In this document: positions 26,391 through 44,913 of the stretch, one piece after another
Numbering within the stretch: the stretch's first letter is position 1
How the letters are laid out: each line of letters starts with the position of its first letter
Assembly: GCA_964016885.1 (NCBI GenBank)
Contig: OZ024743.1
Location: forward strand, 216,008,001 to 216,072,000
From: Eledone cirrhosa
Taxonomy: Eukaryota
Direction: 5' to 3'
Length of the DNA stretch: 64,000 nucleotides
Program-made: the position numbers and the translations under genes
The notes under the pieces: generated by a model
The model's database searches: none
The model's input: only the letters and a program-made list of their open reading frames with translations
What the model was told of the DNA's origin: nothing

Positions 26391-29367
26391 TTATTAATGG
26401 GAATTAATCATGTTTATTCATATTTGCTTTGGTTACCGGATTTCATAAGAGGTAGCAAGCAATGCCATGATTTACACTTATCAATTCTCAATCCACTATT
26501 GGGAACTTCAACAGCTTCACTAAATATAATATGGCCAGATCCTCATTACATTATGAAATCTATATATTTCGACTAGGTTCTCTCGTTTAATTTGAATGGT
26601 GATTTATTTAAGGAACAACTGAAAGTGTGTTCTCATGAAACCATAGGCAATTGCAAATTAATAATTTACCCAGAATGCATGTTCTTGCCTGAGTAGATCT
26701 ATTGGACATTCTTGTTTTATTAGATATACCCAAACAGTTATTTGTTTGTGGTAATTAAATTCGAAGTGAAATTGTAAAAGAGAGATAAGGTATCTTATGA
26801 ATTTCAGTCAATTCTTGCAAAAAAAAAAAAAAAACAGTTGAAATTTACATGTTATAAATTTTAAATTCCTCATGTATTGTTCAAAATCAAAATGGCTCGA
26901 AACATAAAAGTGTTGCACACGAGAAACAATATTTTAATAATTTCTCTATACATTTTAGATTTCTTCACGTACGCACATACTTTTATGCATACAGGTACAA
27001 AAACGATTTCCATCATACAATGTTAATGTTTGGTAAAGAAAGACAGTTCTCTCCACAATACAATAATTAATTGTATATAAAATGATAAGGAAACAAAACG
27101 AACCAACATGTTTGAAAAGCTGGATTATTCGAGTAGTGGTTTTCACAGGAGATGATACTTAAATTCACATTTACTTTTTTTTTTGACAGCTAAAAGAAAT
27201 TAACTTCCGGAATCACTTCAACGGGAGGAATATGTCAAAGAATCATTCATTCTATCTCTTAATTAGCGTTAATATTAAAAGAAAATTGCATGTTTCTACT
27301 CTTTGTTGAGGTATAGCATGAAAGGCGTATTCGATTTAAGCGAGGTGGTGCCATACAGATTATATGGACTATCCCATATATTTTAATTGTTAAGCTCTTC
27401 ATATTTGCAGTTATCCTAACTCAATCTCTCCGGGCTAGAACTCTTACTGACAATGCTGCACCTAAGACCTCACCTAGGAATGTATTTAATTTTTATCAAC
27501 TATTAAAGGAGTATCTATGCACTGACCCAACTCAAAAGAAGCAGCAGCCAAATCCCACTCAAACCTCACCTCAACTACTGATAATAGCCATCCTACTGAA
27601 CATATATTGCTAGAATTTCCTCGTTGCTTAAATGACAGATTGAGTACTAATAAGGAGAATGCTTTGATCAGAAGTTTTGCATTATTGTGTCTTGATAAAA
27701 GCCCCCAGCAACATCTATGTTCACTGATGGTAATAATAATACGACAATCAAAGACTTCTGCATGGCAGTGATTCGTGCATGTATTAATTCCGTGTGTCAA
27801 CGTTTCAACCAATATCATTCAGTAGTACATCAAAATATGTTCTCAATTACCATGACCATATCGGTTATATAACATATAACATTTTTCTTTATAAAATAAA
27901 AGGTATGCGATGAGGAGCAATTTCGGAGTTGTGTCTTATTCAAAATATCATATATATACATTTCCAATCCAATTTAACCATTTGTCACTTTTCATTTGAC
28001 TCATCCTTTCAGGTCATGATTATCATTTCTCATATAATTTAGAACGCTGTATCTTATGAGTATTCATTAAGTCCTGTAATATTCCATCTCCTTTTTAAAC
28101 CGTTCAGGTTTCTAATAAAAGTATACCAAGAGCGTAAGGTGGAGCTAAAACATGGATAAAAGTCGTTTGCATTCATGCATTCCATATACCATTACCCACA
28201 ATGCAGTAAACATCTTTGAATAAAACACATAAAGATATCACTTAAAAAAGTATCATAATTATATTTTTATGTCAATATAATTCTTCACTTCAACATTTCC
28301 CCTCACATATTCCGCGTTTGAAATGAGGTAACTTTATCGATGTCATCATAGAAATAATAGATAATCAATTATCTGGCTCAACCCAAATAAATAAAAATAT
28401 GCGTGTATTCATTTAGAAATGTCGTTAGTTCACTAGTGCACCAATAAGACTTTGTGTGTGTAAATTGTCACTGATAAGAATCATGGATGAAGCTATGGTT
28501 CATTGTCTCATGCACTCGTTTGAATATAACAATTCTGCTATTTGTCATAGCAATTTTGATCATGATATTTTAACACTCTATACTTGAAATATTCTTTCTC
28601 TCATAAACCATTATATATTATATAGTTATCATCTCAGAACTAGGAATGGAATGCCATATATTCTTATCCTTTCCTCTAGTTATGTTATTAAATTTATCAG
28701 ATTTAAACATGTCTTTCTTTTTATTATTTGCAGCGGAATATATGGTTCTGCACGTGATGGATCATTTATTGGCGTATATCTACAATGTCCCTAACAAATA
28801 TGGTTATTTCGTTAGGTGTGAAATGGTATACTTCATTTTCTTCAGTTTCTCATAGCACTTTATTTAAGGATTTGAAGTAGGATAGATGTTTGCTTTCAGC
28901 TATGTATGGTCGATGATTGGTATATAGAAATGATTCAGATTTAAATAGCTAAGCCTGCACATGACACATACTTGAAACATCATTGGCGAAATTACAACAA
29001 TTACTGTTCAAGTATTAAGCATAGAGCACATTGTGGGATGTGTCTCTCGCTTATATCGAAATTGATATAATAATTTAAACTTAGTTAGCCCACAGTCATG
29101 AAATATTTCTCCATAAGATACATTGATATGACTAATATGAAATGTGTTAGTGCAGCATTTTATTTTCAGAGGCTAAAATAAAAAGTCATGATATATTACT
29201 AACAATTAAGTATAATGCGTTATTTCATATAACAATACATAATTTCATTGTAGATAATCAGCGAGCGATTAATGAGCATCGGCGGTAACTCAAAACCAAT
29301 ATATCAGTGAAATGTAATCCCCCACTTTCATGATCAGTGCGTCCCTAATGAATATATATATCCCTAA

Positions 29368-29420
<53 letters not shown>

Positions 29421-29769
29421 TATTTTCCGTTGTGTTGTAATATAAATATTACACACAGTAGATTATCAGCTCACGTAGAGTTTGCTCGACGGTTCCAGTT
29501 GTAGTTACAAAAGTAATCCGGAGAAAAATAGAAAGATTTGAATGGATATAGTTTAGTTGAAAGGGATTTATTGACACGTTTTTCTATAACAGTTACATAA
29601 CCTAAAACAGCTGCTATCTACAAACTTTTAGTTATGCAGACATTCAATATTTCAATGTTATTATTTACTGTCATTTCATCATATATATATATATATATAT
29701 ATACGTTATTATATATACGCACACTATTCATATTTTTAATATACGTAGAAGTGACAGGATATTAATTCC

Positions 29770-29849
29770 TCACCCACTGATGAGCAAGGATCGGTATTCT
29801 TCTTCACAATTAATTTTGCGAAACACCATAGCCAAAGCTGTCTGGGTGA
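29770..29849 (+). ncRNA. Hammerhead ribozyme, canonical core, in a (TA)n-bounded pLTR-like fragment (~29705-30020)
   Basis: tcaccca-CTGATGAG-caa...ttg-CGAAAC...GTC-tgggtga. Confidence 0.8.
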
Positions 29850-30017
29850 TTGGTAGTTACTACAGTTCCGGTGTGTATTTATTTTCTTGATTTATTCTTA
29901 AATTGAGCCTGGCGAACCCTATTGTATATAGTTAGAATTATTTTCACCTTAGCGAATCTGGTCCCTTATGATTGGAATACATATATGTATATATCTGTTT
30001 GTTTTTCTTTAATATTC

Positions 30018-31200
<1,183 letters not shown>

Positions 31201-31213
31201 TTTAATATAGATG

Positions 31214-31264
31214 AGATTCTACAGGACTAGAACTGTTTCATTCTTTAGAAATCATCAGGAATCT
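31214..31264 (-). ncRNA. Hammerhead ribozyme, canonical core, GUA triplet; degenerate copies at ~4535-4580 (+) and ~42018-42060 (-)
   Basis: Minus strand: agattc-CTGATGA-tttctaaagaat-GAAACAG-ttctagtc-CTGTA-gaatct. Confidence 0.75.
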
Positions 31265-32006
31265 GGGTATCAAGAAATAAGTATGGTATTTATACAAGTG
31301 GTAGGAGAGGGTGGGGAGTGGGATGGGTGTAAGTCATTAGTTGATAGAAAAGGGAATTCATAAAAGCTATAGTTTATTTTTATTTTTATTTATATTTATT
31401 TTTGTTTTTAGAGTAACAAAGGCAGACAGAACTCTATAAAAGGGAATTCATTAAAAGCTAATTCTACAAAGCTATAGTTTATTTTTCTTTTTCTTTTTAT
31501 AGTAACAAAGGCAGACAGAACTCTACAAACAGGTTCAGGATGGCATGCCATTCCTTGTTATTAAGTTTCTCTTGAGCTAACAGGTGTCTATAAGATCAGT
31601 GGGGGGTCAGTCATGGTAGATAGATTTAAAGGAAAGGGAGATTCTTTAAAAGCTAAAATCATTAAGGTTCTACTAAGTGACAAAGGTTTAGAGAAGTCTG
31701 TAGACAAATTCAAAATATTGAGTGCATATCTTAAACTATTCAACTATATGCCAGAAATCAACAGACACATTCACAAAACGCACTCACTCACACACTCGCG
31801 CGCAACCAAAAACACACATACACATACACATATACACACATAAAAACACACACACACACATATACACATATATGAGGAAAAATTGAGAGGGGACAAAACA
31901 GAACATATATGTATATATCTATACACACACATACACCATACATACATATATTTATATATATATAGAGAGAGAGATACACCATTCATACAAATATTCATAT
32001 ATATAA

Positions 32007-32126
<120 letters not shown>

Positions 32127-32483
32127 CACACATACATACACATACACATACACAAACAGATACATATACACATATACATATATATATATACACACACACA
32201 TATATACATATATATATATATATTTATATATATATATATATATATATATGTATACACACACATACACATAAACATATACATACACACATACATACACACA
32301 TATATATATATAAACATACACATACACACACATATACACACACATACATATACATAAATATATAAAATATATATATATATATATACACATACACACACAC
32401 GCACACATACACATATAAATACATACATACACATACATATACACATATACACATACACACATATATATATATATCTCTATCTC

Positions 32484-32728
32484 TAAGACGGGTAAAATTC
32501 CCGAGATACATGGACGAGTTCTCTCCTGCGGTCTCTGTCCCTCATTATCGCTGCCATATCCTGCATCTCCAACAGACCAGTGTCTGTCCTTAGGGCATCA
32601 ACATATGTTAACCTTGGTCTTCCGCTTCTAGTGCGTCCATGTAGGGGCTCCCAAAGGAGCACTGAGTGCAATTTCAACTCTGGATGTCGGTGAGCATGTC
32701 CAGCCAACCTCAGTCTCCTCTGTGTCAC
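32484..32728 (-). mobile_element. RTE LINE 3' fragment (same family as 20878-22728)
   Basis: [47 protein letters not shown]. Confidence 0.9.
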
Positions 32729-32764
32729 ATATATACATATATACACATATATATACATATATAC

Positions 32765-32862
<98 letters not shown>

Positions 32863-32870
32863 ATATATAT

Positions 32871-35821
32871 ACAATATTAAATAAATGGAAACTATATTTA
32901 TAAAACCATATTTATTTCATTATATATATTTCGGGGATATCATATTAACAATATGCTATGCCTTCCTCAGACAAAATACAATATAAACAGTTTTATAGAT
33001 AAATAGATTCGACATACCGTTATAACACCGACTTGCATTTGAAGAGGTTAAGCTGGCAGTGAAAAAAATTTACACAGAGAAAGAAAGAGAGAAAAAAGAA
33101 AGAAAGACAGAAAACGAGGAAAAGGAAGAAAAAGAAGAAATGCATGGAACAAAATATAGAGATGGAAAGATAGATAAAGAGAAGAACTTCATGTAAAGAA
33201 ACAGAAAGAGATATATATATATAGAGAGAGAGAGGAAATAGAGATAGATACATATATATATAGAAAATTAGCTAGTGGGAGGTCATTTTGAGTAAATGTA
33301 TCAATGATACATTTATTTATTTATTTATTTATTTAGCTCTAGTATTAATGTAAGGGAGATATATATATATAGAGAAAAAAATATAGAGAGAGAAAAATAG
33401 CGAGAGAAAAAATTTAAAAATAGCCAGATATATTCGAGGCGTAAAAACCCTATGTCTTAATGTATTAGAATTCATAAAACTTCCACTATATTGTAAATAT
33501 CAGTATTCCTGAATGAGACAAGTATCCATAGTGTGTGAAAATTAATTATCTTATGTTTAGTTTTTTTTTTAAAAATTCATATGTTTATGTTATAGCTACA
33601 AACATCCATGTGAATCCACATTATCAACTCTGCAAACTCTAAGTTCACGGAAAGCATTCTCATTGTGGTATAACAATTTGAGTATATATATATGTGTATT
33701 ATTATTCCTGTCTTTACTCTACAAGATTATCTATCAAGCAGAAATAGAGAGCAGATTTCAATATACTAATAAAAATATATATCAGAAACAAAACTAAAAA
33801 TAAAAAGATAACAATAATAATAATAAGTAATAATAAAATAGAAAACTAAAAAAATATTACGAAAGAATATTACATATTAAAAATATTACATACTAAAAAA
33901 TATTACGTATTAAAAAATATTACGTATTAAAAAATTTACATATTAAAGATATTAAAAATTTACATATTAAAGATATTAAAAAATTTACATATTAAAGATA
34001 TTAAAAATAATATCAGGCGTACTCTGGCAACTTAAGCTAGATAACGTTAGATATTCGACGGCTTGGAATATAGTCTCAAGGGGAATTCCTTTTAATTCAT
34101 CCTCTGAGACATGTGACCTCTGCGCAGAGGAGATATTCTTTATACTAAAATCTAAAAATTCCCTTAATCTACGGACAAATTTATTCAGTTGTTGCAAACA
34201 TAGATTAAACTCAACGTTTAAATATAAATTTAAATTTAAAATGTAGTATATTTAGTTTGATTTATATTTATATGGGAAACTAGCCGATAAATTTTTGATT
34301 CCTAAATTTTTGATTCCTTCTTTTTATTCTTTTTTTATTGTTTATTTTATTTTTATTTAAACATTCCTCATGAAAAATTAAGCTACCCTAAAAGCTGATG
34401 CTCCAAATATTTTGAATAAACCTTACACTAGATAAACTTCTATATTAAATATAAGAACACATGTAGACCAAATTGGACGTCATAAACTTTTTGAAATGAT
34501 CTTTGCTAGATGTGATTTGATAGATAATTTTTGGCTTTGTCTTATAATGAACTTGGCAATATATTGTCAATTAATTTTGAAGGGTTGATCTTTGTGGTTT
34601 ATTTTTATTGTTTATTATTGTAGTATTTTATAATATTTTTTTATTTTTATTTTTAATATCTTTAATATGTAAATTTTTTAATACGTAATATTTTTTAATA
34701 CGTAATATTTTTTAGTATGTAATATTTTTAATATGTAATATTCTTGCGTAATATTTTTTTAGTTTTCTATTTTATTATTACTTATTATTATTATTGTTAT
34801 CTTCTTATTTTTAGTTTTGTTTCTGATATATATTTTTATTAGTATATTGAAATCTGCTCTCTATTTCTGCTTGATAGATAATCTTGTAGAGTAAAGACAG
34901 GAATAATAATACACATATATATATACTCAAATTTTTATACCACAATGAGAATGTTTTCCGTGAACATAGAGTTTGCAGAGTTGATAATGGGGATTCACAT
35001 GGATGTTTGTAGCTATAACATAAACATATGAATTTTTTTTTTAAAAACTAAACATAAGATAATTAATTTTCACACACTATGGATACTTGTCTCATTCAGG
35101 AATACTGATATTTACAATATAGTGGAAGTTTTATGAATTCTAATACATTAAGACATAGGGTTTTTACGCCTCGAATATATCTGGCTATTTTTAAATTTTT
35201 TCTCTCGTTATTTTTTCTCTCTCTATATTTTTTTCTCTCTATATATATATCTCCCTTACATTAATACTAGAGCTAAATAAATAAATAAATAAATAAATGT
35301 ATCATTGATACATTTACTCAAAATGACCTCCCATTACCTAATTTTCTATATATATATGTATCTATCTCTATTTCCTCTCTCTCTATATATATCTCTTTCT
35401 GTTTCTTTACATGAAGTTCTTCTCTTTATCTATCTTTCCATCTCTATATTTTGTTCCATGCATTTCTTCTTTTTCTTCCTTTTCTTCGTTTTCTGTCTTT
35501 CTTTCTTTTTTCTCTCTTTCTTTCTCTCTGTGTAAAATTTGTTCACTGCCAGCTTAACCTCTTCAAATGCAAGTCGGTGTTATAACGGTATGTCGAATCT
35601 ATTTATCTATAAAACTGTTCATATTGTATTTTGTCTGAGGAAGGCATAGCATATTGTTAATATGATATCCCCGAAATATATATAATGAAATAAATATGGT
35701 TTTATAAATATAGTTTCCATTTATTTAATATTGTAAATATACTCCAAATATTTGTCGAGTGCTTTTATATCAGTTGTAAACATTTACTAGTTGTAACCCA
35801 ACAATTTTAAATATAACTTTC

Positions 35822-35822
<1 letters not shown>
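32871..35822 (+). mobile_element. Fold-back Hydra-like PLE remnant: arms ~32871-34006 and ~34650-35734, with the GIY-YIG C-terminus in the loop (34012-34246)
   Basis: Loop translates as SGVLWQLKLDNVRYSTAWNIVSRGIPFNSSSETCDLCAEEIFFILKSKNSLNLRTNLFSCCKHR; arms are ~1.1-kb reverse complements. Confidence 0.85.
35627..35692 (+). ncRNA. Hammerhead ribozyme (CUGAGGA core, AUA triplet); inverted copy at ~32913-32978
   Basis: tattttgt-CTGAGGA-agg...ccc-CGAAAT-atat-ATA-atgaaata. Confidence 0.65.
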
Positions 35823-36325
<503 letters not shown>

Positions 36326-36362
36326 TAATTATTTAGAAGTGAAGCATATCAATTTGTCTCTG

Positions 36363-36490
36363 GATGTTTACTGAGGAGTGCAGGACATGATATTCCTACA
36401 CTTATTTAACTCGAAACATATTTGAATCTTAAAGTTTAAACTTATCTACGGAACAGGTTTGATTTTGAAATTTAAATGTGTCTAAACATC
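36363..36490 (+). ncRNA. Hammerhead ribozyme with extended helix III
   Basis: gatgttta-CTGAGGAG...CGAAACATATTT...AAATGTGTC-taaacatc (8-bp helix I). Confidence 0.8.
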
Positions 36491-36907
36491 ACGGCCTTTT
36501 GGCAATACAGTTCGTCTTCGTTGATTTATTATTTTAAATCGATATGGATAAACTGTAGTATAATAATTAGTATACTTCAATCTGGCTAAATTTTTCTTTT
36601 GCAATATGTATACAGATGTGTTGGTATCTGTGTTTCATCACATACATATTAATTTATATATATTTATATGTATATATTTATATATATATATATATATATA
36701 TTTATATGTATATATTTATATATATATTTATATATATATATATATTTATATGTATATATTTATATATATATAAATATAGAGGTTATCACATACATAAAAT
36801 TAAATTAAATTAAATTAAATATATATATATGTGTGTTACAACTGTTCACTTTTAAGCTCAATGACGAATTAATAAATTAAAATCAAAAAATCAGAGCATT
36901 ATATCAT

Positions 36908-39340
<2,433 letters not shown>

Positions 39341-39955
39341 TATATATATATATATATATTTATATATATTTATATGTATATATATATATATATATATTGT
39401 TATATTTGGGGAGGGTCATATTTGCGTAATATTGCCAGAATTAATAACAGAACACACTCACTGTTTGGTTGGTTTTCGCTTCTCGCTGTCTTTTATATAT
39501 ATATATCTGCGATCTAACTTACTCGGTCCTCAATGTTGCCATTGACTGAGCGGCGGTCAAAAATAATACAGATACAATATAGACAAACACATATATATAT
39601 AGTTTACATAATTTACATAAATCTTTCGTTGCACATCTGCAACATCGTCAGTGGTGTTATATTCATTGTTCCTCCTGTTGTGTTGTATGTCTACGCCATT
39701 TTTTGTTTTGTTCAGTCTGTCTATATATTTATTTATTTATTTGCTTGTTTGTTTATCTTATTTTATTTATTTTATTTTATTTTATTTTATTTTATTTTGT
39801 CTTCTTTGCGCATGCGTTTGCGTGTGTGTATAGTGTTATGTGTGATGTGTGACTAGTGTGTATAGTGTTGTGTCTGCTGGGTGACTAGTGTGTGTTTATG
39901 TGCTTGTGTATGTATTTATTTATCTTATTTTATTTAATTTAATTTACTTATTTAT

Positions 39956-40657
39956 TTATACTTCTCTTAGGTCAGTGTTGTTTGTTTGGGTGTTGTTGTT
40001 GTTCCACTCATTCTTTCTGTTTAGCTTTGGTCTTCTAATTTCTATTTCACTGGCCTCTCTGATTTGCCTATCTGCTGGGTCATTCCTATGTTTAGATATT
40101 ATTCTAATTTCTATGTTGTCTATGTTACCGTCATGTTGTTGTCTAGCATGTTCGTATAGTACTGACCCGTTTTTTCGTCCTTTTAGTTCCCCCCAGTGTT
40201 GGTCTATCCTTTCACCTATGCTACGAGCGGTCTCACCTATGTATGTTGTTGTCGTGTTTCTGCAAGTACCCTCTGTACATCTTATGCTATAGACTACGTT
40301 TCTAGTTTTACAGTTTATCCGGGGGTTCACCTTACATATGATACATTTCCTATTGGTACAGTGGGTTTTCTTAAAAGGGTAGGTTTTGCTGATCAGGGAT
40401 TTTATGGTGGTTCCTGGCTTTTCTACCACCTTTATTTTTAAGTGGGTCTTTCTCAGGGCCTTTCTACACTGGTTAGCTAATTTCCCTCCAGGGGTGGCGT
40501 CCACAAACATGACACTCTGATATCTCTGGTTGTCGTACCATGATGTGGCCTTCCCTATCTTATGTCTAGCCCTATCTAAGCTATTCCATGATTTGCTCCT
40601 GTATAGTGGGCAAATTCCTTTCATGTCCAGTTCTATGAGGGTCTTATACTTTTCCAT
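39956..40657 (-). pseudogene. PLE linker + GIY-YIG endonuclease
   Basis: ORF track; NVVYSIRC, YIGET, REASEI, PKLN. Confidence 0.88.
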
Positions 40658-40705
40658 GGCTCCTTCGTATACTCTGACTCTGTCTCTTCTGTTGTAGCCA
40701 GAGAA

Positions 40706-41749
40706 CTACATGCGGTTGATGAAGTGTTGGATGTGTCCTTCCATTTCTGTTGGGTCGCACATGCTGGACACATTCTTCATCACTCGTACCAAATCTGCGA
40801 TCAGAATATTAAACTTAGCACTACTGGACATTGCTGAGTTTTTGAGTATCAGGTATTTGGAGCCCATGGGTTTAGCATAGTGTGAGTGGAGAATTTGGGC
40901 TCTCTCGTCTATAGTGTTAATCCAGAGTTCTGTGTCTAATACAGGTAGTCTATTGTTAGGGTGTTTGGAAGGGAAGTCTATAGTTACAGTTATACTCTGG
41001 TGTATGGAATTAGCTATCTGCTGGATGCTTTCCATCGTGCTACGTTCTAAATCAAACTTGTTAGTGCTCTCTAGTGGGGGTGTTCTTATAACTATATTGA
41101 TATCGTCTACATAACGAGAGTACATGATGAGGTCTATGGAGCTTTCATTAAGCAGATCTTTAAGTCTCCTTTCCCACCATACCATGAAAAGGTTGGCAAC
41201 ATCACCAGCTATGCTGACGCCGATGGCTGCTCCCTCATTTTGGGTGTAGATTTTCTCATTGAACTTAAATATGTGGCCCTTTAGGGTAGTTTTGATACTA
41301 GCCCCTATTGCATGTGCGACCATTTTTCTTACCTGATCAGTGTTTTGGGGGGTCCGTATAGCTTTGGTCCACCCAATCCACCTTCCTATGGGAGTCTTTT
41401 TAGCCATTGAGGTTATGGTGGGGGGTCTACCTCTTATAGGTCTACTAGGGCAGAAACATCTAAGGTCATGGCTGTCTAGGTAGTCAGTGTCGTAGGTAAG
41501 TCTAAGTAGGAGGCCCAGTTCGTCTGTGTCGACGTCGCAGAACTCCACCTCACTCTCAATGATCATCTCCACACATCTTTTCACAGCAAAATCAATGTTA
41601 ATGGATGGGTACAGTGACACCACATCCATGCTGCCTATTATGCAGTTGGATAGGCTCCTGTTTTTGTTGCACTCATTGATTCCGCTGAGGAGGTCCTCTG
41701 TACTTTCACATACATCTGGGGACATCTTGATTATGGGGCGTATAACCAT
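40706..41749 (-). pseudogene. PLE reverse transcriptase (premature stop at 40706)
   Basis: ORF track; RT motifs. Confidence 0.88.
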
Positions 41750-41801
41750 TGAGAGGAAGTAGGAGATCCTGTAGTTGCTAGCTATATTAGCTCCGCATAC
41801 G

Positions 41802-41935
<134 letters not shown>

Positions 41936-42220
41936 TTATTCCGGGTTGAATCGGAGGTAACCTCAGTAAGTAAGGTACTCAATACATAGCAGAGTATAAA
42001 AGTTTTAATATAGATGAGATTCTACAGGACTAGAACTGTTTCATTCATTAGAAATCATCATTAGAGATCATCATATATATATATATATATATATGTATCA
42101 TCATTAGAAATCATCATTAGAAATCATCATATATATATATATTTATATGTATTTATTTATATATATATATATATATTTATATGTATATATTTATATGTAT
42201 ATATTTATATATATATATCT

Positions 42221-42258
<38 letters not shown>

Positions 42259-42297
42259 GTTTATATATGTATATATATATATATATGTATATATATG

Positions 42298-42402
<105 letters not shown>

Positions 42403-42413
42403 GTATATATATG

Positions 42414-42446
<33 letters not shown>

Positions 42447-42447
42447 G

Positions 42448-42479
<32 letters not shown>

Positions 42480-42487
42480 TATATATA

Positions 42488-43712
42488 CCTACCTCGCTCA
42501 CAGACAGAGTAGGAGAGAACACAAGAGACAGAGAGGCACCCAAGGCAAGTGCTTCCTTAAAATGCCACACCTGGGCGAAAATACCACCAACTCTATCCGC
42601 AAAGCTATACGGAGGGAGGGCCTCGACATCCACCTGGCCCACTCGGGCCCCTCCCTGCGAACATGCCTGTCCAAGAAACCCGGGAAATCAACTGACGCGT
42701 GCTCCCTCATAGACTGAACGATGCGCTATGCGAACTGTTGCCTACGCGCATAGGTCGTGTATGAGATTGAATGTAACAAGTGCAACCAATATTATATAGG
42801 TAGCACAATCCGGCCTTTGCACATCGGGATCAAGGAGCACACTAACAGAAGGGCCTCGTCTTTCCGGAAAAACATAGACAAATGCGGAAACAAAGACGGA
42901 AGTCCCATTGTCACAATTCTAGCGACAGAAAGATACGTCGGCACATTACGTATCAAGGAAGCACTTTGGATCAAACGCCTAGGGCCACAATTAAACAACC
43001 GACCCGAGAGACGAAATGAGGTGGTTGGTTTAAGTTAACAAACGATGCAGCAACACACGCACACACACACACAGGCGATACAGCAACACACGCGCACACA
43101 CACACACGCACAGCGGCAGTCCACCATATGAACATACTACACTGCCAATACAGAGGAACAAGGCAACAGCACACGCACACACACACACACTCAAGCGAGA
43201 CAACAACACACGCACACACACACACACACACACACAGTAACATTCACCAAACAGGCATAGAATACTATGGACTGACAGTAGCGCCACCCCACTCCCACAA
43301 TTGAAAGAACTATTTCGGCCGCTGACCTCAGCTTGACCGACCCCATTTCACGCGCACGCGCGCTCTGCTGAATACCTCAGATATTCGAAACAACGAACAG
43401 CGGAGGAAACATTTCGCACCTTTCCGATAGACAAACTCAACCCCCCTTCCCCGCCCTCGGAAAAAAACCCCAGTTGATGGATGTGAATCCGAAATATATA
43501 GGGACAATTAAATCTCTCCCAAGGTAACTCTCTCTCATGTTGTTATTTTTATTTTTATCCTTTACGCTCTTTCCTACATTCTTCTACACGCCCTGCATCT
43601 CAACGTACACACACTTACATCTCTCTCTCTCTCCACCACCGGATCTTGTTACTCGGAGATTTACCCATCTGCATTGTCGAGGCTTCCAAACGTGTTAAAG
43701 AAATTTACCATA
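42488..43712 (+). mobile_element. PLE 3' fragment with GIY-YIG (42757-43038) and 3' UTR
   Basis: VYEIECNKCNQYYIGSTIRPLHIGIKEH...IKEALWIKRLGPQLN. Confidence 0.85.
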
Positions 43713-43835
43713 TATATATACTACACTATATATATATTTGTATGTATGTATGTATGTATATATATGTATATACGTATATGTATGTATGCATGTATGTATA
43801 TATATATATGTATGTATATATATATATATATATGA

Positions 43836-43878
<43 letters not shown>

Positions 43879-44574
43879 TATATATATATATAGACAGATA
43901 GTTAGATAGATATATAGATAGATAGATAGATAGATTAGATGAGTTGAGTAAGCATATATATAAGGCAGAGAGATATTCGAAGCTCGAATGTGATTATATT
44001 ATCCAGTCAGATTGGCAAAAGACATTTCCAGTCATTGTAGTTTTATATCACAGAGCATATATAAAATTAACAAATAAATAATACATTATTTGATTGATTT
44101 ACACGCGTTTATTTCAAATACAGAATGACGTAACATTTCATTCCTCTGTAGTGTAAATAATTGGAAACCTTATGAGATAAGAAGATAGATATATAGATAT
44201 ATAGATAGATAGACAGACATATAGATAGATAAATAGTTAGGTCATTAGATGGATTGTTATATTTCTCTTCGGCTTTATTATTAGCTATATAATTAGCTCA
44301 TCAAATACCTTTCGTCACACAATATGTGACCTCATCAGTAGCCATGTATATTCCTCTCTGTTTCGCATTCATTTTTCTGAATAATTGTAGGAACCTTTGG
44401 AAGAGAATGTGAACACTTTGATATATCAATGATTTAGTTGACATGAATTATGGTATAAAATATATAATACATAACATTTAATAAGTATAATAATGTTTTC
44501 AATTGTCTAATGTGGTGTATGCGTAGAACTGAATATATATATGTGTGTGTGTGTGGGGGTGGGGTGGGGGGGTG

Positions 44575-44639
<65 letters not shown>

Positions 44640-44913
44640 AGGGGTGAAGATGACATGACCCACCATCTGAAAGCCCACGTATCGACTTTCAGACGGTGGG
44701 TCAAGTCATTTTCACCCCTCCCTGGGGTGAAATTTTTCGTTTTGAAAAAGATTTCGGCGGTGAAAAAAAAGTGTAAACAAACCTTGCATTCAGTCATGAA
44801 CGCTGCGTTCATAACTAGAAGTGGTGGAGAGGCGGTAACAGTGTTAAGCTCGCAGTCACCTCCTCTCACCACCTCATTGAAAGACATCGAAAATGTCGTC
44901 AGTTTTGAAAACA

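Larger units (their letters stand above)
39397..41780 (-). mobile_element. Penelope-like element (Neptune-like: Cys-rich linker, CCHH GIY-YIG), 5'-truncated
   Basis: RPII, SMDVVSLYPSI, QNEGAAIG, YSRYVDDI, LPVLD; CTNRKCIIC...VVYSIRC...C...YIGETAR...H...H. Confidence 0.9.

Noticed and set aside
27411-27818. Host exon or 110-aa minus-strand ORF
   Set aside because: Plus-strand frames contain stops and the minus-strand ORF has no recognisable similarity.
43458-43503. HHR-like ccc...tgatggatgtgaatccGAAATatATAggg in the PLE 3' UTR
   Set aside because: The CUGANGA core is disrupted; cannot be supported as functional.
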